Source of the DNA: Erysipelothrix larvae
GTDB lineage: Bacteria > Bacillota_I > Bacilli_A > Erysipelotrichales > Erysipelotrichaceae
Reading direction: 5' to 3'
Assembly: GCF_001545095.1 (NCBI RefSeq)
Contig: NZ_CP013213.1
Coordinates: 1,590,001 to 1,622,000 of the forward strand
DNA length: 32,000 nt
Shown here: positions 1-7,807 of the stretch, in pieces
Layout of the letters: every line of letters begins with the position of its first letter
Position numbering within the stretch: the stretch's first letter is position 1
The notes under the pieces: model-generated
What the model was told of the DNA's origin: nothing
Databases searched by the model: none
What the model saw: only the letters and a program-made list of their open reading frames with translations
Program-made: the position numbers and the translations under genes

Positions 1-388
1 CTTCAGTTTTAAAGTATGCGTCAAAGGAGTTATGCATCCATGCACATTTTACACCTTTAAACTCAGTAAGTGCTGAAGATAAGGCAATAGCATACTTCCC
101 TTCTACTCCAATAATGATATCAAAGTCATGTGCATCAATAAATTGCTTTAGTTTTCTATTTGAATGTTTTTCTAATGAAAATGACTCATCATGGATAAAG
201 AGTTCTGGATCGTGAAGTGTATGGATTTGATCACTGAGTGTATAAACTAAATCCTTTGGCTCATAATCAGGATTTGTAGAGATGATTGTGATATCGTGTT
301 CTTTCGACCAATGGTTAGCCATAAAAGTTGTGACTCGGGCAACCCCTCCTATTTTATAGATGGTATTTGTATACAAGCAAATTCTCAT
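1..388 (-). CDS. glycosyltransferase (GT4-like) N-terminal part; 3' end lies beyond the window edge
   Basis: Minus-strand frame is open from ATG 388..386 to position 1, with a GGGGGAA RBS just upstream. It begins MRICLYTNTIYKIGGVARVTTFMANHWSKEHDITIIS, a typical GT4 N-terminus. It is absent from the ORF track because it is truncated. Confidence 0.55.
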   Translation of the reverse strand, partial: MRICLYTNTIYKIGGVARVTTFMANHWSKEHDITIISTNPDYEPKDLVYTLSDQIHTLHDPELFIHDESFSLEKHSNRKLKQFIDAHDFDIIIGVEGKYAIALSSALTEFKGVKCAWMHNSFDAYFKTE

Positions 389-434
389 GATTCTTCCCCC
401 TTTTTTATATTGTATCTTAAAGTAATTGCTTCAT

Positions 435-905
435 TCAATCAGAGGCAAGCGATTCAAGCATATGGATATTAATTTTAGTCATTGACATGAGGGCTTTGAT
501 TTGCGCTTCATTTTGCGTTAACGCATTCAAGTTTTCTGGCACAATTTGCCATGACAGCCCAAATCGATCTTTCACCCAACCACATTGTTCAAATTGTGGA
601 TCATCGGATAATTGGTCCCAATAGGTATCAATCTCTTCTTGATTTTTACAATTTATCGTAAATGAAATCGCCTCATTGAATCGAAAGGTTGGTCCTCCAT
701 CCAATGCAATAAATTTCTGGTTATTGAGTTCAAATTCTGCTGTAAGAACCTTACCGCTCATACCTTTGAAATGCTCATTTAGCGCTTCATCTGGATAATA
801 GGTAATCTGTGTAATCTTTGAATTTGGAAATATTTTAACATACTCATGGATTGCTTCATCACAGTTATTATCCGCAAACCATAGACAAGGTACAATTTCT
901 AACAT
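435..905 (-). CDS. VOC/glyoxalase-fold protein, PhnB-like (3-demethylubiquinone-9 3-methyltransferase domain family)
   Basis: 156-aa ORF with PCLWF, FIALDGGPTFRFNEAISF and QCGWVKDRFGLSWQIVP motifs characteristic of this family. Confidence 0.75.
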   Translation of the reverse strand: MLEIVPCLWFADNNCDEAIHEYVKIFPNSKITQITYYPDEALNEHFKGMSGKVLTAEFELNNQKFIALDGGPTFRFNEAISFTINCKNQEEIDTYWDQLSDDPQFEQCGWVKDRFGLSWQIVPENLNALTQNEAQIKALMSMTKINIHMLESLASD

Positions 906-1091
906 TTTGATTCTCCTTTATTGTTAGTTTGATTGTACCACGCGTCCTTCATGACAGCTGTTATAACGCTTTAAATTGTATTTTTGACCTTATTATTTCT
1001 TAAATAAAACCATATTTCTTAGTCTACAAGAAAAAAAGTACACATTCAAAAGTAATGGGTTTTGGTGTATAATACTATATAGAGGATTATT

Positions 1092-1811
1092 ATGGGCACA
1101 AAAAATAAAACAATCAAAATTTTAATATCAATCTTTGCAGTGACCACCGTTACCTTTATTGCGGTGTTTTATGTGTATGTTTCAGATTATTATCGTGTTG
1201 ATAGTTCTGCGATTGTATCGGTTACAAACAGTAAATACATTACGCGTGATGGATCAATTACATCACTTGAAACATCACCACCCAGTACGATCGGGTTTAT
1301 CTTTTATCCTGGTGGAAAAGTTGAGTCGGATGCCTATTTACCCTTATTAAACCTTGTTCGAAACAAAGGCGTTAAACCCTTCCTTGTGAACATGCCATTT
1401 AACTTAGCAGTTTTAAACTCTAATGCTGCAACGAAAGTCATTGATAGCAATCCACAAATTACGACTTGGTATATCGGTGGACACTCATTGGGTGGCGCGA
1501 TGGCGAGTCATTATTTCTCCTCACATACCGATAACATCGATGGACTTATTCTATTGGGTTCATACACCTATGGAGATGTTCCACTCGATCGAACACTCAT
1601 TATCTATGGCTCAGAAGACATGATTCTTGATACCTCACAAATCACACAGTCTGAAAATGTAACCATCATTGAAGGCGGAAACCATGCTCAGTTTGGAAAT
1701 TATGGCCCTCAAAGTGGTGATGGCGTTCCAACAATCACTCCGATTGAACAACAAGTCATGACTACCGATATTATAATTGAATTTATATCAGAAGATACTC
1801 ACCCCAATTAA
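1092..1811 (+). CDS. membrane-anchored alpha/beta hydrolase
   Basis: 239-aa ORF with an N-terminal TM helix (ILISIFAVTTVTFIAVFYVYV), nucleophile elbow GHSLGG and a late GGNHAQFG motif. An extended -10 (TGTATAAT) and an RBS lie upstream. Confidence 0.75.
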   Translation: MGTKNKTIKILISIFAVTTVTFIAVFYVYVSDYYRVDSSAIVSVTNSKYITRDGSITSLETSPPSTIGFIFYPGGKVESDAYLPLLNLVRNKGVKPFLVNMPFNLAVLNSNAATKVIDSNPQITTWYIGGHSLGGAMASHYFSSHTDNIDGLILLGSYTYGDVPLDRTLIIYGSEDMILDTSQITQSENVTIIEGGNHAQFGNYGPQSGDGVPTITPIEQQVMTTDIIIEFISEDTHPN

Positions 1812-1825
1812 ACCTTGGGGTTTTC

Positions 1826-2251
1826 TTATCCAAAGGTGATTAAGGTACCTGCACCTTCATGCAGTTTATGGAGTCCATCCAGTGATGTCAAAATTGCACT
1901 GGATTGTCGACAGGTTTCCACAAAACTGAGCGCTTGTTTTAAATAGATTCTGATTTCATGTGACTCAATGTCATGATTCGCTAAAAGGGTTCTCACTTTA
2001 TTTGATCGCATATGTTTGACATGATAACTATTCCCCTTTGGGTCACTGAGTAACAGTGCATCCACTTGAGTAAGCATAAGCAGCACATCTGCTTGAAGCA
2101 CTTGTGCTAATAGGCTTGGAAACATTTCTTGTGTTGATAACCCATTATGCAAATAATGGTGTTGTTCATACGTAAGCATACAACATGCATCATATACACG
2201 GCTTAAAAATTGATGTTGTTTTACCGATTCATGCGTCTGTTCTTGGGTGAA
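1826..2251 (-). pseudogene. C-terminal half of an amino-acid-kinase-fold gene (glutamate 5-kinase / carbamate kinase-like), cut off by the IS element
   Basis: The minus frame stays open from 2251 with no start codon (FTQEQTHESVKQHQFLSRVYDACC then MLTYEQ...). LAQVLQADVLLMLTQVDALLLSDPKGNS and SAILTSLDGLHKLHEGAGTLITFG resemble the AAK-family C-terminal motifs (ADLLILLTDVDGLY.ADP...GTLF). Confidence 0.55.
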
Positions 2252-2389
2252 CTACCCGCCACTTAGCATACGCTCGAAGTGGGGGCTTCTTGAGAACAAA
2301 GCAAACTTAATCGACATTCCTGTCGACCAGCGGTCACTTTTATTTATCAAGCTATCCCCGATGTCCCATCGGTTTATTGTTTTTCATTC
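2252..2389 (-). ncRNA. IS right end, probable 3' part of the TnpB omega (right-end) RNA scaffold
   Basis: 138-nt non-coding tail after the tnpB stop carries three hairpins: CCGATG-TCC-CATCGG (2358-2372), TCGACA-TTCC-TGTCGA (2311-2326) and CCCGCCACTT...AAGTGGGGG (2255-2285). TnpB guide RNAs are known to derive from the tnpB 3' end and the RE. Confidence 0.5.
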
Positions 2390-3517
2390 TTAGGATTGAT
2401 GCGAAAGTCTTAATCCTTCATTCAGGATATTGATGCTTGCATTCAAATCACGATCTTGTGTGATGTTGCAGTTGGAACATTCCCATTGACGTATCTCCAG
2501 TGGTTTCTTTCCATCATTATGTCCACAGTGAGAACACAGTTGACTGGACGGATACCAGGAATCAATCTTGATTACTTTTTTCCCATACCAATCGGCTTTG
2601 TATTCGAGCTTTGCCACAAATTGTGACCACGACACATCTGCAATACTCTTTGAAACCCGCTTCGTCTTCATCATTTCTTTAACTTTTAAGGTTTCTATAC
2701 AGAGCACATCATGGTTCTCGATTAGCTCCTTACTCACCTTGTTTAAGAAATCATTGCGTCGATTTGCGATCTTCTCATGGATTCGTGCGACTTTTAACTT
2801 TTGTTTTTGGTAATTCTTGGCTTCACTCAGCGGGACACCCCGTTTCTTTGCCTCCCTTTTACGTTTTGATAACTTACGTTGTTCTCGTTTCAGTGTTTGT
2901 GCTTCTTGGTTCGTAAACCGTGGGTTTGGAATACGTCTTCCATCAGAGAGCACCGCAAAAGCAATCAATCCAAGATCAATCCCAACCTCAGACCCCGTCT
3001 TAGGTAGGTGCTCGATTGTTTCTTCGACTAAGAGTGAAACGTGATAGATTCCTGTTGTACTCCTTGATATCGTTGCGGATTTAATATCACCTTTTGGGTG
3101 ACGATGCATCTTGATTCTCACAAGACTCTTAAGTTTTGGCAGTTTAAGATATTTATGATTTTTAACGGATATTGTTCCTTTTTGATTGTTTGTGGTATAG
3201 GACTGCTCCATTTTTCTTGATTTATACTTTGGCTCACCTACCTTTGGATCTCGATAACAATTCTTAAATGCTCGGTCAAGATTCAATTGTGCATTCGCTA
3301 AGGCAAGACTGTCTACTTCCTTCAAATAAGGGTAATCTTCCTTATACTTTGCAGGTGTTGGAATTTTACCGTTTGTTGGAAGTCCGTTTCGATAATCCTC
3401 ATTCATTTGAAGCCGCTCTTCAAGCATGAGGTTATACGTCTTACGAACACAACCAAACGTTTTTGCGAAAAAGATGATTTGCTCTTGGTTTGGATAAATT
3501 TTTAAACCTGTAGGCAC
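2390..3517 (-). CDS. tnpB: TnpB (OrfB) RNA-guided endonuclease of IS200/IS605
   Basis: 375 aa. RuvC triad contexts are GIDLG, CIETLKV and RDLNASINI, with a zinc ribbon CSHCGH...CSNCN. The N-terminus has IYPNQEQIIFFAKTFGCVRKTYN. The ORF-track start is a GTG; the canonical ATG at 3524 is out of frame (see findings). Confidence 0.9.
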   Translation of the reverse strand: MPTGLKIYPNQEQIIFFAKTFGCVRKTYNLMLEERLQMNEDYRNGLPTNGKIPTPAKYKEDYPYLKEVDSLALANAQLNLDRAFKNCYRDPKVGEPKYKSRKMEQSYTTNNQKGTISVKNHKYLKLPKLKSLVRIKMHRHPKGDIKSATISRSTTGIYHVSLLVEETIEHLPKTGSEVGIDLGLIAFAVLSDGRRIPNPRFTNQEAQTLKREQRKLSKRKREAKKRGVPLSEAKNYQKQKLKVARIHEKIANRRNDFLNKVSKELIENHDVLCIETLKVKEMMKTKRVSKSIADVSWSQFVAKLEYKADWYGKKVIKIDSWYPSSQLCSHCGHNDGKKPLEIRQWECSNCNITQDRDLNASINILNEGLRLSHQS

Positions 3518-3520
3518 GTT

Positions 3521-3925
3521 TCATCGCTTTTCCCCCTGTGTCTCAATATACTGTTTCAACACTTCTAGAGGTGCACCACCAACAGAAATCAAGCAGAAAC
3601 TCTTTGACCAAAAAGCATCTTTCCAAAGGGATGCTTTCACTTCTGGAAATTCTTTCTTAATCAATCGACTGCTTGCACTTTTGTAAGCATTGATAAACTT
3701 GCTAAGCGGTGTATTTGGATGGGCTTTGAATAGAATATGAACATGGTCAACATCATGATTCCATTCAGTACAGGTGATATTGTAGTTTGGAGCAATAGAA
3801 ACAAAGATTTCATGAGCCCGTTTCGAAATTGAATCGTTGATGACTTTTCTGCGATATTTTGTGACAAAAACCATATGATATGTCAATAAAAACACAGAAT
3901 GAGCATTATTGTCTAAAACCTGCAT
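3521..3925 (-). CDS. tnpA: IS200/IS605 Y1 (HUH) transposase TnpA
   Basis: YHMVFVTKYRRKV, HUH motif DHVHILF and catalytic Tyr context LKQYIETQ. The start is taken at MQVLDNN (ATG 3925), preceded by a GGGGAG RBS. Confidence 0.9.
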   Translation of the reverse strand: MQVLDNNAHSVFLLTYHMVFVTKYRRKVINDSISKRAHEIFVSIAPNYNITCTEWNHDVDHVHILFKAHPNTPLSKFINAYKSASSRLIKKEFPEVKASLWKDAFWSKSFCLISVGGAPLEVLKQYIETQGEKR

Positions 3926-4059
3926 ATTATGCACTCCCCTTACATTTCTACTGACTATATTATATCATGATTTAAGGGTTAAAGACAGCCAATTCATCCC
4001 CCACTTATAGAAGTCGGAGACTTCTTGGCATTTCTGTTAAATTTAATACGATGTACACT

Positions 4060-4371
4060 ATCAAAATCGCGATAAATGGTCTCGGTCTTATTTATGACCA
4101 ATGAATTTGGTTCATAAATCACAGTACAATCACATTGTCTTTTGTTAAATGCTTCTTGAAACGCTTTCTTGAGGTTTAGCCCTTTTTTGTCAATAGAAAT
4201 CGCTTGTTGGTTCTGTGTTGACTGGATGGTTGGTGGCAGGGTTAGGATTACATGATCGTCTATGTTGATATATGAAACAATTTTAGAAACCGAAGTTTGT
4301 ATCCTTGGATTAAGTTTGTTATCACCTTCTTCGAATAGGTTTTGATTTAAAGCAATTACAAAAATACTCAT
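4060..4371 (-). pseudogene. N-terminal half of the same amino-acid-kinase-fold gene
   Basis: ATG 4371 has a GGGGG RBS. MSIFVIALNQNLFEEGDNKL...DDHVILTLPPTIQST aligns by eye with AAK N-terminal motifs (VVKIGSS...HEVVLVSSGAVAAG) but has substituted glycines and serines. The ORF then runs into the IS left end and stops at 3994. Confidence 0.5.
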
Positions 4372-4479
4372 GATGCCCCCTTTTGAATCTGCATTAAACG
4401 TTATAAAATCTATTGGCAACCGTCCCAATAGATGATGAATGATTATTTATAGGTGTTCTTATTTTTTATAAGATTATGT

Positions 4480-4734
4480 GGTCAACATCCGGCCCTTTAT
4501 TCGCTATACGAGGTTTTTTTATATGCTGTTAACATTTAGGTCTAGAGGTATAAGTTTTACCACTCTGTACTGTCGTCAAGTCAGAACTTATCCACAATCA
4601 AAGGTTACAGCCGATTTTATTTAGGTCAAAGGAGTAAGCATATTTGCTGTCTTTTTTAGCTCCCTTTGATGTGAAAACGAGTGTATATTATTTGGGAATA
4701 TCGCGTTACTTCACAAGAGCCGGATGAGTTGACC
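4480..4734. repeat. long-range imperfect inverted repeat (7+7 bp with a 2-nt bulge) enclosing a 225-nt hairpin-rich segment
   Basis: GGTCAAC-ATCCGGC (4480-4493) is complementary to GCCGGAT-GA-GTTGACC (4719-4734). It lies in an ORF-free 670-nt intergenic region. Confidence 0.6.
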
Positions 4735-5079
4735 TACAAGTGTTAAGTGCTTCATATGCATGAAGCAAATCTAAATGAATACTGTTAGTTTCAAGTTAAT
4801 CAAGCACTTATGATTTGTTGAGCTAACATGTATCGGTGTGGTTTGATTGATTGATTCGCAATAAGGCTTTTTTAGTTCAATCAAGACCCTCTTAATATCA
4901 CCTGTGTCACTGGTGTGTTAAGCCAGTGGGACCCTTTCAGATATTAAGAAAATGAATAATGCGTGCAAGTCGATATCGATGACTATATCGATGTGTGGTT
5001 TTGGTTGTTCCAATTTTGATATATATCATATCTATACCTCCTTACACCTAAAGTCTAGCAAATATGCGGTTATTTAGCG

Positions 5080-5109
5080 TTGGCATATTGTCTTAAGTTA
5101 TGCTATATT
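5080..5109 (+). promoter_or_regulatory. candidate sigma-A promoter of the PucR-family gene
   Basis: -35 TTGGCA (5080-5085), 18-nt spacer, extended -10 TGC-TATATT (5101-5109). Confidence 0.45.
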
Positions 5110-5132
5110 TTTATCACGGGGGGATAAATATC

Positions 5133-6725
5133 ATGAATGTCAAAACCATTTTGAATTATCCATCGTTGGCTAATGCACGTCTTGTTGCTGGATTCAACGG
5201 TGTTTTTAATAAAGTAGGATCTGTGATGATCTTAGAATCTCCAGATGTTGAACACTGGGGAAAGCGATACGAAGTCATTGTAACGAATTACTTTGCACTG
5301 AGTAAACTGGATTCTGTTGAACTTGAGGAATTCTTCAATAAACTCATGGGCATTGGAATCAGTGCCATAATATTTAAGTTGAATCGAATGGTCTCTTCGA
5401 TCCCTGACTTAATGATATACTTTTGCAATCAATTAAACATACCGCTTATTACGATAGATGAATCCGTGAATTATGAACAACTTATGATTGATATCATGGG
5501 TCCAATTATTGATGAACATGCGAGTCTACTCCAGCGTTTTTATACAACACACCAACATTTTTTAAACTTAGAATTACAATTACCTTCTATTGAAGAAGCA
5601 TTGGAAAGCATTGAAGCTTTGCTTCACAATAAAGTCGCTTTTGTGGATGATACTGAAGATACCTGTGTTGCATCAGATCCGACAGTCCATTTCACAACAC
5701 AAAAAGAAGATTTAGGCATCGACAATCGATTTGTTGTCCATACCTATGATCGAATCACTGGAACACTTAACGATAAAACAGAAGTCCAAGGGTATGCAGT
5801 ATCAATTCCAAATCTGGAAAATAAATCGTATAAACTCTTAATCTTTGAGACACAACAGCCCTTAATCAGTGAAGATTTTATGATTATCGAAAGTGCTGTG
5901 AGTTTCTTACAAACTGCATTGCTTCATAAGTATTCATCCCAACGCACACAATTCATTCATAAAAATAACATTATGATGGACTTACTGAATGCGCGCTATT
6001 ATGATGCTTTTGAACAAAATGAAATGCTTACAATGGTCAATTTAAATCACAAGAAATACTATCAGGGCTTTATGATATCGCTCCAACAAACCAAGGAATC
6101 AGAAATTGATTTATCAAACCATATCATTTACTTAATATCGCAACGATTCCGCTCAAAGTATCCACATTGTGCTTTTTTTGAAAAAAACTACGCAATTACA
6201 TTCTTATTTAATCATGATAATGAGAATGGGCTTGATAAAAGCACCCTTGATCACATCATCCGTGACATTATCGATCAATACGCGTCATCGTTTAACTTTT
6301 ATCTTGCAGTGAGCCAACCACATCAAAAAGAAACACTGTATCGCATCAACAAAGAATGTCTGAATACGATGAGTGTTCAGAGAAAGTTTGATCAAGCGAA
6401 CCAGGTTGTTGCATACCAAGATTTGAATATATTACGGGTCTTCTTGGAAACAAATACCCTCCATCGTATTGATGATTTCGTGCCAATAAAATTCACACGT
6501 CTTCGTGATGAGAAACCCGAACTATACAACACACTGCATGCTTTTATTCAGTTTAATCAAAACCATGTTCAGGCTGCAAACTACCTGTTCTTACACCCAA
6601 AAACTGTGCGGTATCGTCTTGAAAGAGTCAAAGAGATCCTTGAAATCGATTTTAATAACCCGAATGATGTCTTTGAATGTGCCTATTCATTAAGAGTGCT
6701 TAACCTCAAAGATTCCATTAACTAA
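5133..6725 (+). CDS. PucR-family transcriptional regulator
   Basis: C-terminal HTH ANYLFLHPKTVRYRLERVKEILEIDF is typical of the PucR C-terminal domain. The start is taken at MNVKTIL (ATG 5133) after a GGGGGG RBS; the ORF-track start at 5100 is less likely. Confidence 0.85.
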   Translation: MNVKTILNYPSLANARLVAGFNGVFNKVGSVMILESPDVEHWGKRYEVIVTNYFALSKLDSVELEEFFNKLMGIGISAIIFKLNRMVSSIPDLMIYFCNQLNIPLITIDESVNYEQLMIDIMGPIIDEHASLLQRFYTTHQHFLNLELQLPSIEEALESIEALLHNKVAFVDDTEDTCVASDPTVHFTTQKEDLGIDNRFVVHTYDRITGTLNDKTEVQGYAVSIPNLENKSYKLLIFETQQPLISEDFMIIESAVSFLQTALLHKYSSQRTQFIHKNNIMMDLLNARYYDAFEQNEMLTMVNLNHKKYYQGFMISLQQTKESEIDLSNHIIYLISQRFRSKYPHCAFFEKNYAITFLFNHDNENGLDKSTLDHIIRDIIDQYASSFNFYLAVSQPHQKETLYRINKECLNTMSVQRKFDQANQVVAYQDLNILRVFLETNTLHRIDDFVPIKFTRLRDEKPELYNTLHAFIQFNQNHVQAANYLFLHPKTVRYRLERVKEILEIDFNNPNDVFECAYSLRVLNLKDSIN

Positions 6726-6900
6726 AAAAAGGGGGGGTTGTTTCTTGTATACACGCCCCTTCACTGATTAATCGATTAATATAAGATATACATCAGATTG
6801 TTTCGTGAAGCTTACGATTCAGTCTGTGTTAATGCTGATCATACAACACTATTCTGTGTCACCAAATCAGGTGTCACACTAAACACGTGTCATAAACAAC

Positions 6901-6948
6901 AAAAAGGATCAATTGTAGGGTTTTAAAAACCACCACTTGATCCTTTTT
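6901..6948. terminator. bidirectional intrinsic terminator between convergent genes
   Basis: A perfect 12-bp stem AAAAAGGATCAA / TTGATCCTTTTT carries A/T runs on both sides. An inner GGTTTT/AAAACC pairing sits in the loop. Confidence 0.65.
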
Positions 6949-6986
6949 GTTTGATGCTTGATATTCTTTAGTACTATGCGTAAGTC

Positions 6987-7712
6987 TCACTTCAAATTAT
7001 CCCTTCGAATAATACGTAAACGATAACTGTTCATTGCCGTAATCTTTAAGTGTTTTAATAACCGATGGTTTGCAGTTCCCCCAAATACAGATCCAACTAC
7101 AGGAAGCAATTGCAACATCTTTGCGATATCGATCGTATCGCGGTATTCTACTTGAAATTTCTCCCAATCGATTTCAGGAATCGAATCAAAATCCCAGTTC
7201 TTGATGATGGAAAACACTTCCGGTCTTCGCGTATCACTACAAAATGCAAGTTGAAATACATATAACATAAACCGTCGTTCTTTGGGGTCATTGATATCAA
7301 ACCCATAGATTGAAGCGCAATCAAAAAGAAACTTAACTTTAATGCTTAATAATGCTGGGAAATCTCCCAACCCCATTAACATACCACCCAGTCCAAAACT
7401 TACGCCTTGTGCGATTGCCACTTTGTTATACGTTTGATATTTCTTTTCAAGAAGATAATCACGTTCACTCAGTGATAGCTTTGAGTAGTTATCAGTTTTT
7501 TGAATCATCCCTGAAGCAGCCAGTATTGTCTGTGTCATGGTTTTGATTGACTTCGTCATAAAATCTTGGACGTTTTTTGGTATGTGACTATAAACCCGTG
7601 CTTGCATATGTGCCATGGATTGACTTAAGCTATTGGGTTTTCTTAAGATTTTTTGTCGCCACGCTAAGATTTCTTGACGCACTGTCCGCTCATACGCATT
7701 GTTTTGATTCAT
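6987..7712 (-). CDS. EcsC-family protein
   Basis: EcsC-like layout, with VSFGLGGMLMGLGDFPALLSIKVKFLFDCASIYGFD and LLPVVGSVFGGTANHRLL. The start is taken at ATG 7712, 8 nt after an AAGGAG RBS. Confidence 0.75.
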   Translation of the reverse strand: MNQNNAYERTVRQEILAWRQKILRKPNSLSQSMAHMQARVYSHIPKNVQDFMTKSIKTMTQTILAASGMIQKTDNYSKLSLSERDYLLEKKYQTYNKVAIAQGVSFGLGGMLMGLGDFPALLSIKVKFLFDCASIYGFDINDPKERRFMLYVFQLAFCSDTRRPEVFSIIKNWDFDSIPEIDWEKFQVEYRDTIDIAKMLQLLPVVGSVFGGTANHRLLKHLKITAMNSYRLRIIRRDNLK

Positions 7713-7807
7713 ACCTATCACTCCTTAAGTACCCTTGATTTCTGCGTGGTCCTCTTTTTTAATGAAAGGGTCCACCACATTTTATCCACATGATTCTGTT
7801 TTAAAAA

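Larger units (their letters stand above)
2252..4059 (-). mobile_element. IS200/IS605-family insertion sequence (tnpA-tnpB arrangement); boundaries approximate
   Basis: Y1 HUH transposase and TnpB lie in tandem. On the element top (minus) strand, subterminal imperfect hairpins share the arm AAGTGG(G/C)GG. The RE hairpin is at plus 2255-2285 and the LE hairpin at plus 3998-4017. The element sits between the two halves of one gene. Confidence 0.85.

Noticed and set aside
1826-2179. 117-aa ORF as an intact small gene (first impression: carbamate kinase)
   Set aside because: The frame is open a further 72 nt upstream without a start and abuts the IS right end, so it is a C-terminal fragment. On closer reading, the motifs fit the broader amino-acid-kinase fold (closer to glutamate 5-kinase) rather than carbamate kinase specifically.
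4480-4734. Inverted repeat flanking a structured segment as a retron msr/msd locus
   Set aside because: No reverse transcriptase gene lies anywhere nearby. The neighbours are a split kinase-fold gene and a PucR regulator.
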